Below, one piece after another: positions 44,401 to 50,400 of a DNA stretch of 64,000 bases (position 1 is its first letter; every line of letters starts with the position of its first letter). This DNA comes from Candidatus Multivoradales bacterium (GTDB lineage Bacteria > Acidobacteriota > Thermoanaerobaculia > Multivoradales > J023). The notes below the pieces were generated by a model that was given only the letters and a program-made list of their open reading frames with translations, did not search any database and was not told where the DNA came from. The stretch spans positions 2,176,001 through 2,240,000 of the forward strand of contig CBDFLE010000005.1 in NCBI GenBank assembly GCA_965248925.1. The letters are read 5' to 3'. Both the position numbers and the translations under genes were made by a program.

Positions 44401-47400
44401 AGCTGATTGTCGCTGACCCCATAGGCCACCAGCCGCCGATCTCCAGGCTCATCCTGGCGGGCGATCACCACCGCGGCGCGGATCTTCGGATGCTCTAGGA
44501 TGCGCGCCTCGATTTTGCTGAGCTGGATCGGGAAGCCGCGAATACTGACCTGGGAGTCCAGCCTGCCGAGCAACAGCAAGGCTCCATCTAGCCGCCGACG
44601 AGCCACATCACCAGTGTGGTAGAGCCGCTCTCCCCAGGCCCCCGGTCGTGGGTCGGGCACGAAGGACTCGGCGGTCAGAGCCGGGCGCCCAGCATAGCCG
44701 CGGGCCAGGCCGACGCCGCCGATGTGGAGCTCACCGGCAACGCCGATCAGCGCCGGCTGCAGCTCTGGGGTCATGACGTCGAGGCGCAGGTTGGCGATCG
44801 GCCGGCCGATCGGTACGGCGCCGGATTCCTCTGCGGCGCCGCAACGCCAGGCGGTGACGTCGATCGCCGCCGAGGTGGGACCGTAGAGATTGTGTAGGTC
44901 GCAGTCCAGGCGGCGGCGGAAGTCCGCCACCAGGTCGGCCGGCAAGGCCTCGCCGCTGGAGATCACCCGCCGCAGCGAAACGCCGCGACGCTCTAATTCA
45001 CTGGCGGTCAGGAATCTACGCAATAGGGACGGCACAAAATGCAGCGTGGTGATGCGCTGCTGCTCAATCAGCTGCGCCAGCTGTCGCCCATCGCCCTGCC
45101 CACCCGGTAGCCCCAGCACCAACTCGGCGCCACTGAGCAACGGCCAGAAAACCTCCCATACCGAAACATCGAAACTTATCGGCGCGGTCTGCAACAGCCG
45201 GTCACCGAGCCCGACGGGGAAGGCCGATTGCATCCACAATAAGCGATTGACGATCGCCCGGTGGCTAATCATCGCCCCCTTCGGCTGGCCGGCCAGGCCC
45301 GCCGTGTAGATGACGTAGGCCAACTGATCGTCATCGATGGCAAGTCTGGGCTGGAGCTGGGAGCCGGTCTCTGGCCACGGCCGGTCGAAGCACAGAATCG
45401 CCGGGCCGTCTTCAGGCAATCGATCGAGCAGATCGCTGTGGCCCAAGACCAGCTCCACCGCACTGTCTTCGATCATGTAAGCGAGTCGATGCTGCTGATC
45501 CTCGGGGTCGAGGGGCACGTAGGCGGCGCCAGCACGGAGTACACCGTGCAGCGCGATCACCAGCTCCAGCGAGCGCTGCAAGCAGACCCCGACCCGGCTT
45601 TCCGGCCTGATCCCCTGGGCGCGCAGGCGGTCGGCCAGGCACTTGCTACGGCGATCAAGCTCGCCATAGCTCAAGGCGGTGGCGCCACAACGGATCGCGA
45701 CCCGCTCGGGCCAGCGCCGCGCGGCTCGCCACAAGAGCTCCGCCAGGCTGAGCTCAGCTCCCTCGAGTCGCTGCTGGGTATCGTTCCACTCGCTGATCAC
45801 CTGCTGGCGTTGAGGCGGCGGCAACAGCTCGCCGCTGGAGTGCGAGTCGTCTGGGGTGAAGGCCATCGCCAACAGCGTTCTGCGATAGACCTCGGCCACC
45901 CCGCGGACTTGCGCGGCGGTCAACTGATGGCTGTCGTACTCGAAGCTGAGATAAACCCGAGTGGACTCGAAGTCGCGGCTGAAATGGGCCAGCAGCGGAA
46001 AATCGGCGCCTTCTCGCTTGCGGAAGCCGAGCACCTCGACGTCGCCGCTGTCGAGCACTTCCTGGACGACGTGGAAGTAGATGTAGTTGAACGCCACCTC
46101 GTACAGGGGCCGGTCATGCAGCCGGCGCTGCAGCACGGCGAAGGGAAAGCGCCGGTGCGGCAGCAGCTCGGTCTCGCGGCGGAAAGTCCGCGCCACCAGG
46201 TCGCGCCAGGAACCAGCGCCGAGATGCAGCCGGAAGGGCAAGGTGTTGAGGAACAGGCCACGCACTTGATCACCGCCGCGCTCCTCCAAGCGGCCGTTCC
46301 AGACCACCCCGGTGACCACGTCCTGCTGACCGGTAACGCAGCCCAACGCCTTCAGGTGGGCGGCCAGTAAGACACTCTTGAGCGGCGCTCCCACCGCCAC
46401 CCCCAACGCCTTCAGGCCATGGCTGACGGCGGGGCCAAAATCGAGATCGACGTTGCGCATCCGTGGTCGGAGCCCGGCCTTGGCCAGTCCCAGACGCGGA
46501 ACCTCGGTCAACGGGCTATCCTCCAGTGCCCGGCGCCAAAACTCTTCGGCCTCGGGCGAGCGGATGGCCTGCTGCTCGAGCTGGATGAAGTCGCGGTAGC
46601 CGACGCTGGGCAGCTCGGGCTCGGCCGGCTCCTCGCCTTCGAGCAGACGGAAATAGAACTCGAAGATCTCCGCCAAGGTCGAGTGTAGGCTCCAGCCGTC
46701 GAAGATGGCGTGGTTTTCGGTCAGCATGAACTCGAAGCTGTCCGCAGCGCGCAGGCAGACGTGGAAACGCAGCTGCGGCACCTTGGTGAAATCGAAGCGA
46801 TGCCGCTTCTGCGCCGCCATCAGCGCCTGCACCCGCGCCTCCTGCTGCTCTGGGGTCAGCCGCCGCAGGTCGAGGATCGCGGTCGCCAGCTCCGCTTGCC
46901 GATGCACCAGCTGTAGGGCCTTGCTGAACCCGGTCAGGTGGAAGGAGGTCCGCATCACCGGGTGCCGCGCCACCACCCGCGCCACTGCCCGGCGGAATGG
47001 CCCGGCCTCGAAACGGGCCCGCAAATGCCAACTGTCCACGTTGTGGTACAGCGGATCCTCAGGGGTCAGCTCCATGTGGTACAACATGCCTGCCTGCAGC
47101 ACGCTCAGCGGATAAGCGTCTTCGACATCGGCCGGCAGCAGCCGCCGATCCGACTCCGAGACCAGGCCCAGCGGCCCCACGCGGGCCGCTGGCTCCGCCG
47201 CTCTAGACCCCGCATCGCCGTCCTTCGCCAGCGCCGCCACCAGGGCACCGATGGTCTGGTGGCGGAAGAGATCCGGCAAGCTCAGCTGCACCCCCTCCTC
47301 GGCCGCTCGCGCCAACACCCGCAGGCTAAAGATCGAGTCGCCGCCGAGAGCAAAGAAGTTGTCCTCCACCCCCACCCGATCGACCCCCAGCACCTCCGCC

Positions 47401-50400
47401 CACACCGCCGCCAAGATCCATTCTGTAGGATGCCGCGGCGCCACGTACTCGGCGCCACTGGCCAGCCGCTCGCCAGCCTCCGGCTCGGGCAGCGCTCCGC
47501 GATCGAGCTTGCCGTTGGCGGTCAGCGGCATTGACTCCAGCACCACGAACGCTGCCGGCATCATGTAGGCCGGCAGGCGCTCGCCGAGGTGGCCGCGCAA
47601 TGCCTCCAACTCCAGCTCCGCGCCCACCGCCGGCACTACCCAGGCCACCAGTCGCGCGGACTCGGCGCCCGCTTCCTGCCGCGCCAGCACCGCCGCCTCC
47701 GCCACCGCGGCATGCTCGGCCAACGCCGCCTCGATCTCCCCCAGCTCGATGCGAAAGCCCCGCACCTTTACCTGGTGGTCGATCCGACCGAGGTATTCCA
47801 GCTCGCCGCCCGCCAGCCAGCGAGCCAGATCCCCCGAGCGGTAAAGTCTCTCTCCCTCACCCCCGGAGTGAGGATCCGGCACGAAACGGGTCGCGGTCAG
47901 GCTCGGCCGGCCGAGGTAACCCGGCGCCACCCCAGCGCCACCGACCACCATCTCGCCACCCACCCCCTGCGCCACCGGCCCGCCGCGGCAATCCAGCAAG
48001 TACACCCGCAGATCCGCCAGCGCCCGGCCGATGCGGCTGCCGAAGCCCGAGCGCACCTCCGCCTCCAGCAGCCGATGGTAGGTCACATGCACCGTCGTCT
48101 CGGTGATGCCATACATGTTCACCAGGCCCGGCGAAGCATCGCCATACCGCTCCACCCAAGACAACAAGGTCGACGGATCGAGCGCCTCACCACCAAATAC
48201 CACCCAACGCAACGCCAGCTCGGTGGGACGCTCCGCCGCCACCTGAATGAGCTGGCGGAAGGCCGACGGAGTTTGATTGAGGACCGTCACCCCCTCCCCG
48301 CTCAGCAGCTCCAGGAAGCGCTCCGGCGAACGACTCACCCAATAGGGCACCACCACCAGCCGGCCGCCATAGAGCAACGCGCCCCAGATCTCCCACACCG
48401 AGAAATCGAAAGCGTAGGAGTGAAACAGGGTCCACACATCAGCCTCACCAAAGCCAAAATCGGCCTCGGTCGAAAGCATCAAGCGCAGCACCTGGCGGTG
48501 GCTGACCACCACCCCTTTCGGCCCGCCAGTCGAGCCTGAAGTGTAGATCACGTAAGCGGCTTGGGAGGGATCGCCAGCCACCCAGGAGGGCACTGCCTCG
48601 AAGCTTTCAGTCACCGCCCTCGGCGGCTCGCCAGCGTCGATCTCGAGCACCGTGCCCGCCACCTCAGGTAACCGGGAACGCAGTTCGGCGGTGGTCACCA
48701 GCGCCGTCACGCCACTATCCTCGGCGATGAAGCGCAAGCGCTCTGCCGGCACCTCGGGATCCACCGGCACATAGGCCGCGGCGCAGCGCAGAGTCGCCAA
48801 GATCGCCACCACCACGGACACCTCGCGCAAAAGCAGCAGACCCACGAAGTCCCCCGGTCGAACCCCCGCCGACCACAGCCGGCCCGCCAGTAACTCGGCA
48901 GCCGCCCGCAGCTCCGAGTAGCTCAAGGAGCGCTCTTCGTAGCTCAGAGCCAGGGCTTCAGGGCAGCGCGCGGCGACTGCCGCAAAGGCCTCCCACAACC
49001 CGCCCGCGAGCTCGTAGCTGGCACCGCTACCGCTCCACTCCAGCAGCAGCTCCTGGCGCTCGGCGGCGCTCAGCAATCTCAGCGATCCGAGTTCGGCGGC
49101 GGGATCCTCGGTCACCCCGCGTAGTAGTTGTTCGAAGTAAGCCGTCCAACGACTGATGGTTGAAGCTTCGAACAGGTCGAAGGCGTATTCCAAGCTGCCG
49201 ACCAGCCGACCGCTAGACCAGTGCATTTGCAAGTTGAGGTCGAATTTAGCGGTGCCGGTGGCGGTGCCGAGCGCCGAGATCCTCATCGCCGCGTCACCCT
49301 CCGCTACGGGCCCCTCGACCGACTCACTGCCGCTGTTCTGCACCGCCAGGACCACCTGGAAAATCGGCGTGTGATCGAGAACACGCTCGACCACCAAGTC
49401 GTCGACCAACTTCTCGAAGGGCATTCCCTGATGGTCATAGGTGGCGACCGTGAAGCTCCGCACCTGCCGCAGAAGCTCGGCGAAGTTGGGGTTGGCGCTG
49501 AGATCACCCCGCAGGACCACCATGTTGGCGAAGTAACCGATCAAGGGCTCGGTCTCGGCCAACATGCGACCCGCCACCGGCGCCCCCACCAGGACATCGG
49601 CTTGGCCACTCAGTCGGCTGAGCAGGGCCTGAAAGGCGGCGGTCAGGAGAATGAAAACCGTCGCATCTAGGGACTTCGCCAGCCCTTCGATCGCCACCGA
49701 CAATTCGCGGTCGAGGGCGAAGGGATGGGTCGCACCGCGGTAGGTCATCTCCTGCGGCCGTGGTCGGTCCGTCGGCAGGGGGAGGAAGCGCGGCGCGCCG
49801 GCCAGGGCCTGGCGCCAAAACTCCAGCTCCTGCTCCATCTCCTCCGCGCCCAGCTGCTGCCGTTGCCAAGCGGCGAAGTCGGCGTACTGCACCGGCAGCT
49901 CGGGCAGCGCCGGCATCTCGCCGGCCTGCTGGCCCAGGTACACGCTGCCGACTTCGCGAATCAAGATCTCGCTGGACCAACCATCGGTCAGCAAATGATG
50001 CAGGGTCAGCATTACCAGATGCTCGCCCGCCGCCAGGCGGACCAACGACACCCGCAGCGGCGGCCCGGCGCCGAAGTCGAACGGTCGGCGAGCATCGGCC
50101 GCCACCAGCGCCTCGCCGATCCGCCGCGCCTGTTGCAAGCTCAGCCGTGAAAGGTCGACCTGGGGAAGCTCGATCCGCTGCCGGCTTTGAATCTCCTGCA
50201 CCGGCGAGCCATCGACTTCAAAGAACCGGCTGCGCAGGATCCCGTGACGCTCGATGACCACGGTCAAAGAACGTGACAGCAACCCAACATCAAGCCGGCC
50301 GACCAGCCGAAACGGGCTGGGGATGTTGTAGACCGCCGTCCCCGGCGTCAAGCGCTCGAGGAACCAGAGTCTCAGCTGAGTGAAAGACAAGGGTGCCGGC

